This document shows, piece by piece, positions 11,381 through 21,978 of a stretch of 64,000 nt of DNA. The notes under the pieces were generated by a model. It made no database searches and was not told the origin of the DNA. It was given only the letters and a program-made list of their open reading frames with translations. Position 1 is the first letter of the stretch. Each line of letters begins with the position of its first letter. The translations under genes were made by a program, and so were the position numbers. The stretch is from contig JAWARQ010000005.1 of assembly GCA_038893355.1 (NCBI GenBank), positions 96,001-160,000 of the forward strand, read 5' to 3'. Origin of the DNA: Sulfolobaceae archaeon (GTDB lineage Archaea > Thermoproteota > Thermoprotei_A > Sulfolobales > Sulfolobaceae).

Positions 11381-11758
11381 ATGGCATGTCCTTATTACAA
11401 GTCAGGGTACTGTGTTTCACCATTACTTGAGAAGCCTGATAGTAATATTACTAGTGCATCTCGTTGTATCTATAACTTTAAGACTTGTAGATATTATGTT
11501 AATAATAATGAAAATGAAGGTGGCGTACTTGGAATGAATTCACAAGATTCTAAGAAGCAATATAAATTTAACTTTTACGCGGCAGTTAATAAATTAGATG
11601 AACAGCCTAAAAGTGGTTGTGAGTTCTTTACAACATTTAAGAGTAATGGTGGTTATGTAGTAAAATGTAAAATTCTAGATAGACTAATTACTTCAACTCA
11701 AATCCAACTGTGCGTGAAGTACTGGACGAATTGTCCGCTTAGAAAAATGGTAGAATAA
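11381..11758 (+). CDS. Cys-rich hypothetical protein (two 4-Cys repeats)
   Basis: CPYY..C..C.x6.C and CEFF..C..C.x6.C modules. Confidence 0.75.
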   Translation: MACPYYKSGYCVSPLLEKPDSNITSASRCIYNFKTCRYYVNNNENEGGVLGMNSQDSKKQYKFNFYAAVNKLDEQPKSGCEFFTTFKSNGGYVVKCKILDRLITSTQIQLCVKYWTNCPLRKMVE

Positions 11759-11776
11759 TCAATCATCATTGTTCTA

Positions 11777-14524
11777 TCATTTGTTAACTATAAATTTCTT
11801 AGCCCTTAGAAATTTTCGTTCTTCCTCTATTAGAGCCTCATAGAACTTTTCTTCCCCTTCCATTAATTTATGAATTATTCTGCCTAAATTATGAGGCCCT
11901 ACTCCGTTAGTTACAAGCCCTATTACGGCCCATCTTTTATAATTTGCAAATAAGTCTGCAGTTAGCTTTAATTCATTAAGTTTTTCCCTCTCACTTCTAT
12001 TTAACTTTTCGCCTTTTATATTTTTATTAATTATATTTATTGCATCTAAGTCATCATGCCGAGTTACTGCTAGGAAAACTGAACCGCATTTAGGGCAATT
12101 CTCTACTATATCACTTACTTTAAACTTTTCACTCCATCCACATATAATACAAATAAGTCTGACTTCCTTATTTAATAACCTTCTTTTAAATACTTCCAGT
12201 AATATGGGTAGATCTTCATTAGATTTTGAAATTATAAATAATTTTTCTAAAAATAATTGAGATAGAGGAGAGGGTGATGGAACTTCTAAAATTTCTATAT
12301 CAAAATCTTTAATCTCTTTTAAAGCCTCTATATCATATTCTTTTGATATTATCTCTCTAATAGCTTCTTCACCTACTAAAGTATCTCTAAAAAACCTTAG
12401 GATGCTTAAAATTTTCTCTAGCTCTACATCATGGTCTACAGCACCAAACCTTTTGGCTTCTATTACTAGCTTCCATTTATACTTTGGACTCTGAACTGCA
12501 GCTTTTTTTAATATATTAAATAGTGATGCTTCATCAAGTGATTTAATTAAATTCATTGCATCCCTTATCTTTTCCATGGAGAATAGAAGTGATGATGCTA
12601 AGATGATATGATAGGCGTCAAATTGATATGAAACTTTAACAGAACTTGACGATAGAAGCTGTGAAAGTATTGCACCTAAGGTATTATTACCTCTAGTTCC
12701 TAGAGGGGAGTGAATAATTACTAAGTCTTTTAAAACCTCTATCACAATTTTATTAGGAGAAGGTAAAGGATAACCCCTTCTAACATGTTCATTAATTTTA
12801 CTCTTAATTTCCTCAATAGTATTCTCATCTAAATCTAAATTATTATAATTATTTAAGTATATTTCATATAAATATTCATAAACATTCTTTGCTACCTCTT
12901 TTTCAACTGGAATTGACTCTCCAAACCAAGAGGGTAATACTCCACTCTCTATTTTTGCGTTCTCCACATAAATTTTACCATTCTCTATAGAAACCACTTT
13001 CCAAATCCTTCCTGCGAGAACAAATACAGAGTCCTCGTCTAATGATGTCACAAAATCCTCATCCAGTACTCCTATTTTGGTATTACTTACATAATCTATG
13101 ACTAGATAACTTTTAGAAGAGTCTGGTATCATATTCACGTTATAATAATAACTTATTGTACGTGAGTATGGTCTTATTGATTCTCCATCATATTTAACGA
13201 TTTTTATTTCGCCTAAATATTTTATTATACTTTCAAACTCTTCTCGCTTTAAATCTTTAAAATAATATACAGACTTAAATAGTTCAAATAGTTCATCAAA
13301 CTTATATTCATTAATAAGAGAAAGACCCGCAGTAAGGTGTGCAATAACATCATAAGGTTTAAATTCTACAGTGGGTTTCTCTAAATATCCCTTATAAGCC
13401 AGGTTCTTGATAGATACACATTCTAGTATATCAAAGATATCAGTTGATGGTATTATTATTCCTTTAGATTCCCTGTCTAATGAATGACCACTCCTTCCTA
13501 CCCTCTGTATAAGCCTAATAACTTGCCTTGGCGACATGTATTGTATTACTAGGTTTATCTTACCGATATCAATTCCTAGCTCTAGACTAGAAGTAGCAAC
13601 TACTGCATCAATTTCACCTTCTCTAAATTTACTCTCTACGGTAGTTCTTATTTCTCTAGATAATGAACCATGGTGGGAATATACGTTTAAACCGTATATT
13701 AAGGCTAACTGGCTCGATAAAAATTCTGCAGTATCCCTAGTATTTGTAAATATGAGAACTGGTCTATTGTTAATTATAATCTCTTTCAGTCTCTCGAGCC
13801 TAGCTAACACCTTTGGGTCGAGCCTTACTTCAGGGTACTTTAATGCTAATTCCTTAGTAGGCCTAGGAATTTCGAGATTAATTTTTATTGATTTTATGAT
13901 ATCTACCTTAATTATCTCAACATTCCCCTCTGGATCGAGAAAGTATTTAGCTATCTCCGTATCCCCGAGAGTTGCGGATATTCCAATTAATTGGATTTTA
14001 TTTATACTATTTCTCCTTAAAAATTGTATAATAACAGATAATTCTATACCCCTCTTTTCATCTATTAATTCTTGGACTTCATCTACGATAATCCACTTTA
14101 AATTTCTAAATAACTGTAAATATTTTTTATTCGTTATTAGATATAATAAACTTTCAGGAGTAGTTATTAATAAGTCAGGTGGAGATTGTAGTATTTTCTT
14201 ACTTTCTTTTCTCGGTGTATCTCCGTGCTTTAAACTTACCTTAATATCAAACTTATTCGCTATCCTTTGCAGCCTTAGCTCTATGTCCCTATTTAGCGCC
14301 CTAAGTGGGGTAATATATAATGCAGAAATTTTCTCTGGCTTCTCGGTATAAATTTTGTAGAATATGGGAAATATTGCAGCTTCTGTTTTACCAGAACCAG
14401 TAGGAGCAATAATTAGCACATTCTTCCCTTTTATTATCTCAGGAATAGCTCTTTCTTGAATAGGGGTAAGTCTACTGTAGCCTAATTCAATTAGTCTCTT
14501 TATAAACTCTCTAGAAGCTGTCAT
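11777..14524 (-). CDS. lhr: Lhr-family SF2 helicase
   Basis: Q motif, APTGSGKT, DEVQ, SAT, HHGSLS, LELGIDIG, QRVGRSGH; C-terminal CxxC-CxxC. Confidence 0.93.
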   Translation of the reverse strand: MTASREFIKRLIELGYSRLTPIQERAIPEIIKGKNVLIIAPTGSGKTEAAIFPIFYKIYTEKPEKISALYITPLRALNRDIELRLQRIANKFDIKVSLKHGDTPRKESKKILQSPPDLLITTPESLLYLITNKKYLQLFRNLKWIIVDEVQELIDEKRGIELSVIIQFLRRNSINKIQLIGISATLGDTEIAKYFLDPEGNVEIIKVDIIKSIKINLEIPRPTKELALKYPEVRLDPKVLARLERLKEIIINNRPVLIFTNTRDTAEFLSSQLALIYGLNVYSHHGSLSREIRTTVESKFREGEIDAVVATSSLELGIDIGKINLVIQYMSPRQVIRLIQRVGRSGHSLDRESKGIIIPSTDIFDILECVSIKNLAYKGYLEKPTVEFKPYDVIAHLTAGLSLINEYKFDELFELFKSVYYFKDLKREEFESIIKYLGEIKIVKYDGESIRPYSRTISYYYNVNMIPDSSKSYLVIDYVSNTKIGVLDEDFVTSLDEDSVFVLAGRIWKVVSIENGKIYVENAKIESGVLPSWFGESIPVEKEVAKNVYEYLYEIYLNNYNNLDLDENTIEEIKSKINEHVRRGYPLPSPNKIVIEVLKDLVIIHSPLGTRGNNTLGAILSQLLSSSSVKVSYQFDAYHIILASSLLFSMEKIRDAMNLIKSLDEASLFNILKKAAVQSPKYKWKLVIEAKRFGAVDHDVELEKILSILRFFRDTLVGEEAIREIISKEYDIEALKEIKDFDIEILEVPSPSPLSQLFLEKLFIISKSNEDLPILLEVFKRRLLNKEVRLICIICGWSEKFKVSDIVENCPKCGSVFLAVTRHDDLDAINIINKNIKGEKLNRSEREKLNELKLTADLFANYKRWAVIGLVTNGVGPHNLGRIIHKLMEGEEKFYEALIEEERKFLRAKKFIVNK

Positions 14525-14568
14525 AATTGCTTATTATCTTAATATATTCGGTAGTTTTAAAAAAGATT

Positions 14569-16257
14569 GTGAGAAGGAGTCTAACTCATGGAATATACTT
14601 CACGATATTAATTATTGAAATGTATTTAACTAACTTTGTAATGACCTCAACTTCTTATCTTCCTTACTTTTCTTACTTTATTATTTCAGGATTACTATCA
14701 ATTAATATTATTATATCATATTTAATATTCAATTCATTTATAATATCACTAGCTTACACATTAACATATATTTTTTTATATAAATTAATAAGAATAAATA
14801 TTGATTTAGTTACAACTATTTCTTTTGTTTTACCTACTATTTTCCTAATACTATTAATTAATTTGATTATAAGAAGGGAAATAAATGAACCTATCTTAAA
14901 TGCTCTTTCGAAAAGGAAAATATATAATAGGGATTTAAAATTATATTTCATTATTCTAATTATTTCATTATTATCAATTATTTTATATTATTACGAATTT
15001 AAAGATTTTTTTAGCATAATATCAATTGTAATTAATTCTATAATAATATTGTTCTATGGAGAGCCTTACCAGATCCCATTAATACTTTTGTCTTGGATAT
15101 CTACCCCGTACCTATTAAGTACCTTAGACGATGTTTTTTTGAGAAATGGAGGAATATGTATAGGAAAGTTAAAAGGTGTGCTTAGAAAAGACGGTGTTCG
15201 TTCTGTTATAATGACCTCTTCAAAATATAAGTGGAAGAGAATAGATAATAAAGAATATTGTTTCGATTTTTCAAAATTAAGATCTCCACATGTAGTGATA
15301 ATAGGAAGTAGTGGTTCTGGCAAGTCAAATTTAGCTAAGTTAATAGTTAAGAAGCTAGATAGTTTTATAATATTTGACATTCATGGTGAATATAATATAG
15401 ATAATGCGACTAAAATAGACCTTTCAGATTATCATATAAACCCGTTCTCCTTATTTTCGACTTCACCGAAGCAAAGGGCTTTAGAATTGGCGTTTACCAT
15501 TAAAGAACTATTTAATCTCGGTAACTTACAGATGACGGAGCTTTACAATCTATTTCTTGAAGCTTATGCAGAGAAGGGAATTTTTGAAGAGGATAGAGAG
15601 TCTTGGAAAAATGAACTACCGACTTTTTCAGATGTAATATCATTACTGATAAGAAAGAAGTCTCTTTCCTCTAATACTCAAGACCTACAAAGATATTCAT
15701 CTATAGAACCTTATATTCTATTTCTATCTAATGAGATTTTTTCAAAAAATGATATAGAATTCGAAAAAATTATGAATGGAAGGGTAATCTTAGATTTCTC
15801 AAAGATTACTATACCAGAAATAAAATATTTAATTATCGAGACTATTTTAAAAACTATTTATTCACAAATAGTTACCTTTAATAAGAGTGATAACATTAAA
15901 AAGATAATAGTAATAGATGAGGCACCATTTATTTTATCAAAGAAGTCTGGATTAACGTTAGTAGAAAGGCTAGTAGCTGAATCACGTAAATTTGGTATTG
16001 GTTTTCTAATAATTTCACAAAATACTGAATATATACAAAAAATTTTAGCAAATTCTGAATTAATATTTATATTTAACCTTATTGAACCTAATGATAGGGA
16101 ATATATATCGAGAGTTATAGGAAGTAATCAAAGTGAAGAATATAAAGCAATATATGAAACTCTAGCAAAATTAGATAGAGGTATGATGATAGTAAAAGAT
16201 AAAATTTTAGATGAGGTGTTATTAGTTTACACTCACAGAGGTGAAAATATTGTCTGA
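14569..16257 (+). CDS. Membrane-anchored HerA/VirB4-like (DUF87) ATPase
   Basis: About six hydrophobic N-terminal segments, then GSSGSGKS, FDIHGEY, IVIDEA, SRKFG and ISQ. GTG 14569 preferred to the track's 14527 on TATA spacing. Confidence 0.85.
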   Translation: MRRSLTHGIYFTILIIEMYLTNFVMTSTSYLPYFSYFIISGLLSINIIISYLIFNSFIISLAYTLTYIFLYKLIRINIDLVTTISFVLPTIFLILLINLIIRREINEPILNALSKRKIYNRDLKLYFIILIISLLSIILYYYEFKDFFSIISIVINSIIILFYGEPYQIPLILLSWISTPYLLSTLDDVFLRNGGICIGKLKGVLRKDGVRSVIMTSSKYKWKRIDNKEYCFDFSKLRSPHVVIIGSSGSGKSNLAKLIVKKLDSFIIFDIHGEYNIDNATKIDLSDYHINPFSLFSTSPKQRALELAFTIKELFNLGNLQMTELYNLFLEAYAEKGIFEEDRESWKNELPTFSDVISLLIRKKSLSSNTQDLQRYSSIEPYILFLSNEIFSKNDIEFEKIMNGRVILDFSKITIPEIKYLIIETILKTIYSQIVTFNKSDNIKKIIVIDEAPFILSKKSGLTLVERLVAESRKFGIGFLIISQNTEYIQKILANSELIFIFNLIEPNDREYISRVIGSNQSEEYKAIYETLAKLDRGMMIVKDKILDEVLLVYTHRGENIV

Positions 16258-16576
16258 GGATGAAGTTATTTCTAACGAAATTGAAGAAGAAAAAAGTATA
16301 GAGGGTGAAGCTGAGGAAGAAGAGGAAGATAGTGAGCTAGTATTTACAAGCATTGAGGATATAGAATTACTAGTTAAAAATACTGAAGTGTGGGACAATT
16401 TATTACAAGGTAAAATCAGTCTAGATGAAGCTAAGAAGGCTTTTGAAGAAAATTTCCAACTAGTACTTAAAGGGGAAAAAAGAAAGAAGAAAAAGGGTAG
16501 TAAAAAAACTAAAGCAAAGAAAAAGAGAAAGAAGAAAAAGAAAGAAGAAGAGGAGAGTGAGGAGGAAAATGTTTAA
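16250..16576 (+). CDS. rpo13: RNA polymerase subunit Rpo13
   Basis: Acidic N-terminus, SIEDIELLxKNTExWD core, Lys-rich tail; GAGGTGA SD before TTG 16250. Confidence 0.92.
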   Translation: MSEDEVISNEIEEEKSIEGEAEEEEEDSELVFTSIEDIELLVKNTEVWDNLLQGKISLDEAKKAFEENFQLVLKGEKRKKKKGSKKTKAKKKRKKKKKEEEESEEENV

Positions 16577-17321
16577 GATTATCTATAGGAATGCAAAGGA
16601 ATTTGTGCAATTTCTTTCTGCTGTAGGAAAAATAAGCGATAATATAACCATAAATTTAACTGAAGAAGGGATGATTAGTAGACATTTAACTGAAGATAAT
16701 TCAATGATGAGCGTAATTAATATTTCAAAGGAAGTCTTTGACGAATATGTTATTGAAAAACCAGTATCAATAAATATGGATATAGCCTCGCTAAAAAAGG
16801 TGTTAAGGAAAGTAACAGGTAAGAAATCTACTATCGAAATTTCGGAGTCAGAAGTAGGAATAAGAGTTACTTTAAGAGACATGTCAACTGGTATAAAAAG
16901 CACAACTTATGTTAAGACAGAAAAGAGTTATAATTTACAAGTACTTAAAGAACCAAATGTTAGTCTTTCTGTATCTTTTACACTTGAAGGAAAGATATTT
17001 AAACATATAGTTGATGAAGCTTCTTTAATTGGTGATCAACTTAATTTTAAGGCAGAAAAGGATTATATTGAAATATACTCTGAAGGTACGGGTAAATTAT
17101 ACAAGGCTACCTTAAGATCAGAAAAACCCCTTAAAGAACTAAGAATAGATTCTGAAACTGAGGCTGCATATAATATGGAGCACATGAAAGATGTTGCAAA
17201 GGCCATTGGTAGTATGAAGATAATTACAATTGAATTCGGCAAGAATACACCAATTAAAATATATAGCAAGGGAGAGACAGGCGGTTATATAGGATTTTGG
17301 GTAGCACCAAGAATTTTATGA
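16569..17321 (+). CDS. pcn: PCNA sliding clamp subunit (PCNA1-type)
   Basis: MFKIIY start, PCNA fold, C-terminal FWVAPR. Confidence 0.9.
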   Translation: MFKIIYRNAKEFVQFLSAVGKISDNITINLTEEGMISRHLTEDNSMMSVINISKEVFDEYVIEKPVSINMDIASLKKVLRKVTGKKSTIEISESEVGIRVTLRDMSTGIKSTTYVKTEKSYNLQVLKEPNVSLSVSFTLEGKIFKHIVDEASLIGDQLNFKAEKDYIEIYSEGTGKLYKATLRSEKPLKELRIDSETEAAYNMEHMKDVAKAIGSMKIITIEFGKNTPIKIYSKGETGGYIGFWVAPRIL

Positions 17322-18406
17322 ATTTTACCCCTTTTTATTAATGCGACATATTTATTCCTAGCCTCTAATACCTCTTCTCCCTCTACAAGTAAAATAGTAT
17401 TAAATTTTCTACCTTCCTCAATAGGTTCTAAGTTTTTTATCATATCATAAGCGTTAACGGTTGCAGCTTTTAATATCTCTTTAGAGTAGTCACTTAAAGG
17501 ATCTTCAAGCCTGGAAATATATAATGCAAAAGACATTTCTTTCCAGATATCTGCATCATTCCATGCTGCATTATCTGTACCTAAAAGTACTTTTACATTA
17601 TTCCTAATTGCCGATGCAATTCTAGGAATTCCTACTCCAAACCATAAATTACTTCTAGGACATAAAACAAGCGGAATTCCTAATTCTCCTACCAGTTTAA
17701 GTTCGTCTCCAGATAAGTTAGTGCCATGAATGATTAGATTGGGTTTATAAGTCTCAATTAACCTCTCAAGATCATTTCGTAGCCATTGTCTTACTGTTTC
17801 TGAAACATGTACTGCTCTTATTTTATCTATGAATACTTCCCTAATCTTTATTAATTCTCCTTCGGAGTAAAATGTAATACTTGATACATTAAAACCATCT
17901 GTAATACTATATAGTTTTCTTAAATTATCTATATTAAATTCATGTAATTCTAATCTGCCTAAAATAACATATTTTACACTATCAATATGTGGCTTTATTG
18001 AATTTGCAAGCTGGCTACCAATTAATCCCTGCTCCCTAAAGTCTATAACTCCAAATATTCCAAATTCTTTTGACTTATTCAAAAACTTTAAAATCCATGT
18101 TTTAATTGTAATCTCGTCTAATTTTGACAATACTTCATATTTTAGACTATTAGGATCTCCCACGAGTTCTTTAATACTTTTATTAACTCCTTCCTCTAAC
18201 ATAACATAATCAGCTGTATGAGTATGTGAGTTAACGAGTGGTGGTATTGCAATAAGTCTTGAGTAATTTAATCCGTTATTTACGAATCCTTTGCCTATGT
18301 GTTCTATTACTCCATTCCTAATTACTAAATGCACATTCTCTACAAATTCAAGTTCTTCCCCTACTAATACTCCACCAATATTTAGTACGACCTCTTTATC
18401 AACCAT
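17285..18406 (-). CDS. Metal-dependent amidohydrolase/deaminase, last gene of the rib operon
   Basis: NSHTH, HVSE, IHG, CPRSN and LGTDN motifs. Confidence 0.88.
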   Translation of the reverse strand: MVDKEVVLNIGGVLVGEELEFVENVHLVIRNGVIEHIGKGFVNNGLNYSRLIAIPPLVNSHTHTADYVMLEEGVNKSIKELVGDPNSLKYEVLSKLDEITIKTWILKFLNKSKEFGIFGVIDFREQGLIGSQLANSIKPHIDSVKYVILGRLELHEFNIDNLRKLYSITDGFNVSSITFYSEGELIKIREVFIDKIRAVHVSETVRQWLRNDLERLIETYKPNLIIHGTNLSGDELKLVGELGIPLVLCPRSNLWFGVGIPRIASAIRNNVKVLLGTDNAAWNDADIWKEMSFALYISRLEDPLSDYSKEILKAATVNAYDMIKNLEPIEEGRKFNTILLVEGEEVLEARNKYVALIKRGKIHKILGATQNPI

Positions 18407-19077
18407 AATCTTTCCCTATTTCTTCTAATTTCGTCAAGAGCTTCAGCTGCAAGGCTAACAGCCTTTACTGGTGTCTTAGCAATTCCAATACCTATTTTTA
18501 AATTATATTTTATTAAAGTTAAAATTTCTTCTAAATTTGTTTCATTTAGAAACCCTAAAATATTATCACCGCCTAAATATTGAATTATACCGCCTAAATT
18601 ATATATGAATTTAGCTATTTTTACATAAATATCCATCATATAAATGAATGTATTATAAATTGAATCTTTTCTGGAAATTTCCGTAAAACCGTTCAAATCG
18701 AAATGTACCGAGACTACGTTTTCATCTTTATATTCTCTCAATACGACATCTTCACTAGACTCGTTTAAACATCTTGATGCTTTTTCTTGTGCCTCCCTTG
18801 GTGTTTTACCATACTCAAGGCAAGCTTTTACTCTAACCGGAGATATCATTTTAATACCATCAATAATTCTTAGTATATCATCTTTTGAAACACCATCAAC
18901 AATAACTAGGAAGGAATCGTATCTAAGAGGTAAGGGAAATGCTTCAACCTTATGACAAACCTCCATAAGTGATCTAACTAGACTACTTTGTACAATCTGA
19001 ATTTTCCATTCTCTATCATAACCTAAAGACTCTGTCCATTCTCTATAACCTATTAGACTTACTCCAAGAATTTTCAC
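18382..19077 (-). CDS. gch3: GTP cyclohydrolase III
   Basis: [17 protein letters not shown] and YLGGDN motifs; within the rib operon. Confidence 0.9.
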   Translation of the reverse strand: MKILGVSLIGYREWTESLGYDREWKIQIVQSSLVRSLMEVCHKVEAFPLPLRYDSFLVIVDGVSKDDILRIIDGIKMISPVRVKACLEYGKTPREAQEKASRCLNESSEDVVLREYKDENVVSVHFDLNGFTEISRKDSIYNTFIYMMDIYVKIAKFIYNLGGIIQYLGGDNILGFLNETNLEEILTLIKYNLKIGIGIAKTPVKAVSLAAEALDEIRRNRERLWLIKRSY

Positions 19078-19544
19078 TCTATAGTCACCGTTTCACCTTC
19101 TTTTATCTCTCTTACACTCCTTAAGCTCCTCAACCTTCTCCCTAATTTTACAGCAGCTTCTACTGCCCTTACAGCATATTCTTCAATTCTCTCTACAGCT
19201 TGTTCATGAGTTGCCCCAGGGCCTATAATACCTAACGTTACAGGTTTACCAAATTCTACAGCTAGATCCATTAATTTTCTTGAAGTTTGGGTTGCAACTA
19301 TTTCATCATGTTTTGTTTCACCCTTAATTACTGCACCTAAAGTTACTACTGCATCTATATCTTCCCTTTTTAATAATTCCTTTACAACTACTGGCATATC
19401 ATATGTTCCTGGAACCTTCACTACTATCTTAACATCTGAGCCTAGAAATTTTGCATGGTTTAATGCCCTTTGAAGCATTAAATATGTAATATCATAATTA
19501 AATTCTGAAACTACTATCCCTAATCTAATCGATTGGGCCTGCAT
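19074..19544 (-). CDS. ribH: 6,7-dimethyl-8-ribityllumazine synthase
   Basis: SEFN, VPGTYD and [11 protein letters not shown] motifs; ATG 19544 likely. Confidence 0.96.
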   Translation of the reverse strand: MQAQSIRLGIVVSEFNYDITYLMLQRALNHAKFLGSDVKIVVKVPGTYDMPVVVKELLKREDIDAVVTLGAVIKGETKHDEIVATQTSRKLMDLAVEFGKPVTLGIIGPGATHEQAVERIEEYAVRAVEAAVKLGRRLRSLRSVREIKEGETVTIE

Positions 19545-19992
19545 CTTTATATCCCTGCCTAAGACCTTTTCCTGCATAAGGAGTTAATGAATTCTTTCCA
19601 TCCCTAACAAGAAGAACCAAATTTTTCGCGTGCTTCTTTGCACGATCTAGTGCTATTTCTTTTAATTTTTCCTCACTTTCAGCCTCATCTTCATGAACCG
19701 TAACATCTATTATATGTTTAGAAGTAAGTAACTGGGCCGTAATTATTCCTATACTTGCAGCTAAGTAGCTAAATTTATCGAGTAAAGTCTTTCCTACCCA
19801 TCCTAATGTTATTACACCATCACAACCTTCTTCCTCTAAGAGTTTCTTAGCTGCAACTGGAATATCCTTTATTCCTGGCACGGTGTACCTAATTATTTCT
19901 GAATCTGGGTCTTCTCTCTTTATCGTTGAAATTACTATAGATGCCATGTCTACTCTAGAAAATGTAGTATCAACAACTCCATACTTACGCAA
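19525..19992 (-). CDS. ribC: Archaeal riboflavin synthase
   Basis: [21 protein letters not shown] and GLRQG motifs. Confidence 0.95.
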   Translation of the reverse strand: MRKYGVVDTTFSRVDMASIVISTIKREDPDSEIIRYTVPGIKDIPVAAKKLLEEEGCDGVITLGWVGKTLLDKFSYLAASIGIITAQLLTSKHIIDVTVHEDEAESEEKLKEIALDRAKKHAKNLVLLVRDGKNSLTPYAGKGLRQGYKDAGPID

Positions 19993-20653
19993 TTATTCCG
20001 ACCTCCTTTAAGATTTCTTTCCCTTCAATAAATAACAGACCTTCACTTCTTGCAAACTTCAACGCGTCTTCTTTACTTAGACTTTTACCTACATCAAGCA
20101 TTTCAGCAATTACCATACTCCTTTCTAGACCTAATAGTTCAGCCAAAGTTGAAACTAGTTCGGTATGTCCTTTTCTCTTATTTATCCCTCTAGAGATTAA
20201 AATGGGAACATGTCCTGGTGAGTAGAATTCTTGATAAAACTTTTTCTTAGCTTCTTCTTGATTAACTTTAATTAATGTTATGACATTATGTAACTCTCTT
20301 ATTGTCTTTGCTCTATCATAATCTGAAATTCCAGTTTTAGTTGAGATGTGATTTACCCAAATCGAAAATGCTGGCTCATCACCATAAGGAGTTCTTTTTA
20401 CTAGCTCACTGTAACCAAGTAGCTTTAGCTGTTCAGTTAAGAATGATAATCCTAGTATTTTAGCCTCTTGATGTCCTGTAACATAGCAAATTAATCCCCC
20501 TGCCTTTGTTCTCAGTATATAGATTGATTTCCAGGATACCGTACCAGCATAGAATACCATATCTACTTCTTCTTCTCTTCCATCAAAATCGTATATAAGA
20601 ACCGGCAGACCGGATTCTAAATTTTTCCTTATTTCTGTTTTATTAATTAGCAC
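19985..20653 (-). CDS. ribB: 3,4-dihydroxy-2-butanone 4-phosphate synthase
   Basis: YDFDGREEEVD, TGISDYDR, PGHV and GHTE motifs. Confidence 0.95.
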   Translation of the reverse strand: MLINKTEIRKNLESGLPVLIYDFDGREEEVDMVFYAGTVSWKSIYILRTKAGGLICYVTGHQEAKILGLSFLTEQLKLLGYSELVKRTPYGDEPAFSIWVNHISTKTGISDYDRAKTIRELHNVITLIKVNQEEAKKKFYQEFYSPGHVPILISRGINKRKGHTELVSTLAELLGLERSMVIAEMLDVGKSLSKEDALKFARSEGLLFIEGKEILKEVGIIA

Positions 20654-20688
20654 AAAATATTCGACATCGTAAAACTTTATAAGTGTAT

Positions 20689-21186
20689 TTACTCAGTTCT
20701 GCGTAGTATTTTAATTAAAATTGATGATACTATCGATATTATTGAAATTATTATCATTAGTTTTAATGGATCTATAGCCCATATGGGGCTCGTATTATTA
20801 TTTATTCCAGTATTATTATTATTTACACTACTTAATATATTTCCCGTGCTAGATTTGTTTAAAGGTGGTAGTATTATAATTTGTATATTATATGACTTGT
20901 TTTGAAGAATTATTTTTATAGTAGAATTCAATAAATATATAGGTATTATAATTTTATTATAAAATAAATTTATATCTGAAATATTAGAAGAAAAATTAAA
21001 TTTTGAAAAATTTACCTCTGATTCAATTACAAGACTAGAAGGAGTTATTTTTATAGTAAAATTTATTGGTTTTTCACTATATGTCTCAGAAATATATATA
21101 TTCACCTCACCAAGAAGCGGTATGTTTAATGTTGTGAAATATGTAGATGTAAGTAATAATAGTACTATTATTTTCCACACACTCAC
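20689..21186 (-). CDS. Hypothetical secreted/membrane-anchored protein
   Basis: Signal-like N-terminus, many N-x-S/T sequons, C-terminal TM helix with basic tail. Confidence 0.6.
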   Translation of the reverse strand: MSVWKIIVLLLLTSTYFTTLNIPLLGEVNIYISETYSEKPINFTIKITPSSLVIESEVNFSKFNFSSNISDINLFYNKIIIPIYLLNSTIKIILQNKSYNIQIIILPPLNKSSTGNILSSVNNNNTGINNNTSPIWAIDPLKLMIIISIISIVSSILIKILRRTE

Positions 21187-21225
21187 ATTTTTATTGTAGT
21201 AGCATTATTAAGTATTGAATATACT

Positions 21226-21978
21226 ATGTCCTCTTCAGCAACGAATCCATATAATTGGAGATTCGTATTAATTTCACAAGTAGGACTATTTGTAATATCT
21301 TTCGTTCTTAGTATATATCCTGAATACTTTTTACCAGTTTATATTTTATATTTAATAATAATATTTGGAGTAACTAGTATAATAACATATAGATCTAATC
21401 CAATACTACGAGAGAGAAAATATATTTCAGAAATAAACTCATCTAGAGTGTTATATGAGCAGAAGAACGTTAAGGAGATAATGGAAAAGGATACTGAATA
21501 TCTACAGTACATAGCATCAGTAGCATCTAAGAATCTCAGGTCAATGCTAATAATGTTTGCATATACAATATTTATTTTATTATTTTATTCATTCTATTTA
21601 GTAAAGATAATTGAAAATATATCAGAAGGTTATATAAAATTTATAATATATATAATATATTTTGAATCATTATTCTTGCTAAATTTCTTCTTAATGAGAA
21701 GATATATAAATATTGCTCAATTTTCAATAGTGGCTCCTATGAAGTATAAAATAACTGAAAAGGGTATCCTAGGTGATGCAGGTACAGTATTACATTCAAG
21801 GCATCTTCTTAATGCAATTATTACTCCAAATTATCAAAAGAATTACGTAGAAATTGAGGCTAAGAGTTCTGGTTATCCTTTTAAAATTAGACTATACACA
21901 GATAACGTTGATAAGGTTAAAGATATACTTGATAGGGTAAAAAGGTTAGAAATGAAAAGACAGTCAACTAACTCTTAG
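21226..21978 (+). CDS. Membrane protein (DUF2208-like)
   Basis: Four hydrophobic segments and a soluble C-terminal domain (YKITEKGI). Confidence 0.7.
   Translation: MSSSATNPYNWRFVLISQVGLFVISFVLSIYPEYFLPVYILYLIIIFGVTSIITYRSNPILRERKYISEINSSRVLYEQKNVKEIMEKDTEYLQYIASVASKNLRSMLIMFAYTIFILLFYSFYLVKIIENISEGYIKFIIYIIYFESLFLLNFFLMRRYINIAQFSIVAPMKYKITEKGILGDAGTVLHSRHLLNAIITPNYQKNYVEIEAKSSGYPFKIRLYTDNVDKVKDILDRVKRLEMKRQSTNS

Noticed and set aside
11763-11769. Isolated ATGATGA box-C-like motifs (also 8785, 40941, 49626, 63933)
   Set aside because: No properly spaced D'/C'/D boxes; most are Met-Met starts or coding sequence.
17285-17321. Convergent 3' overlaps between genes (also truD/aspS, atpC, ubiX, speB/rpoP)
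   Set aside because: Common in compact Sulfolobales genomes.
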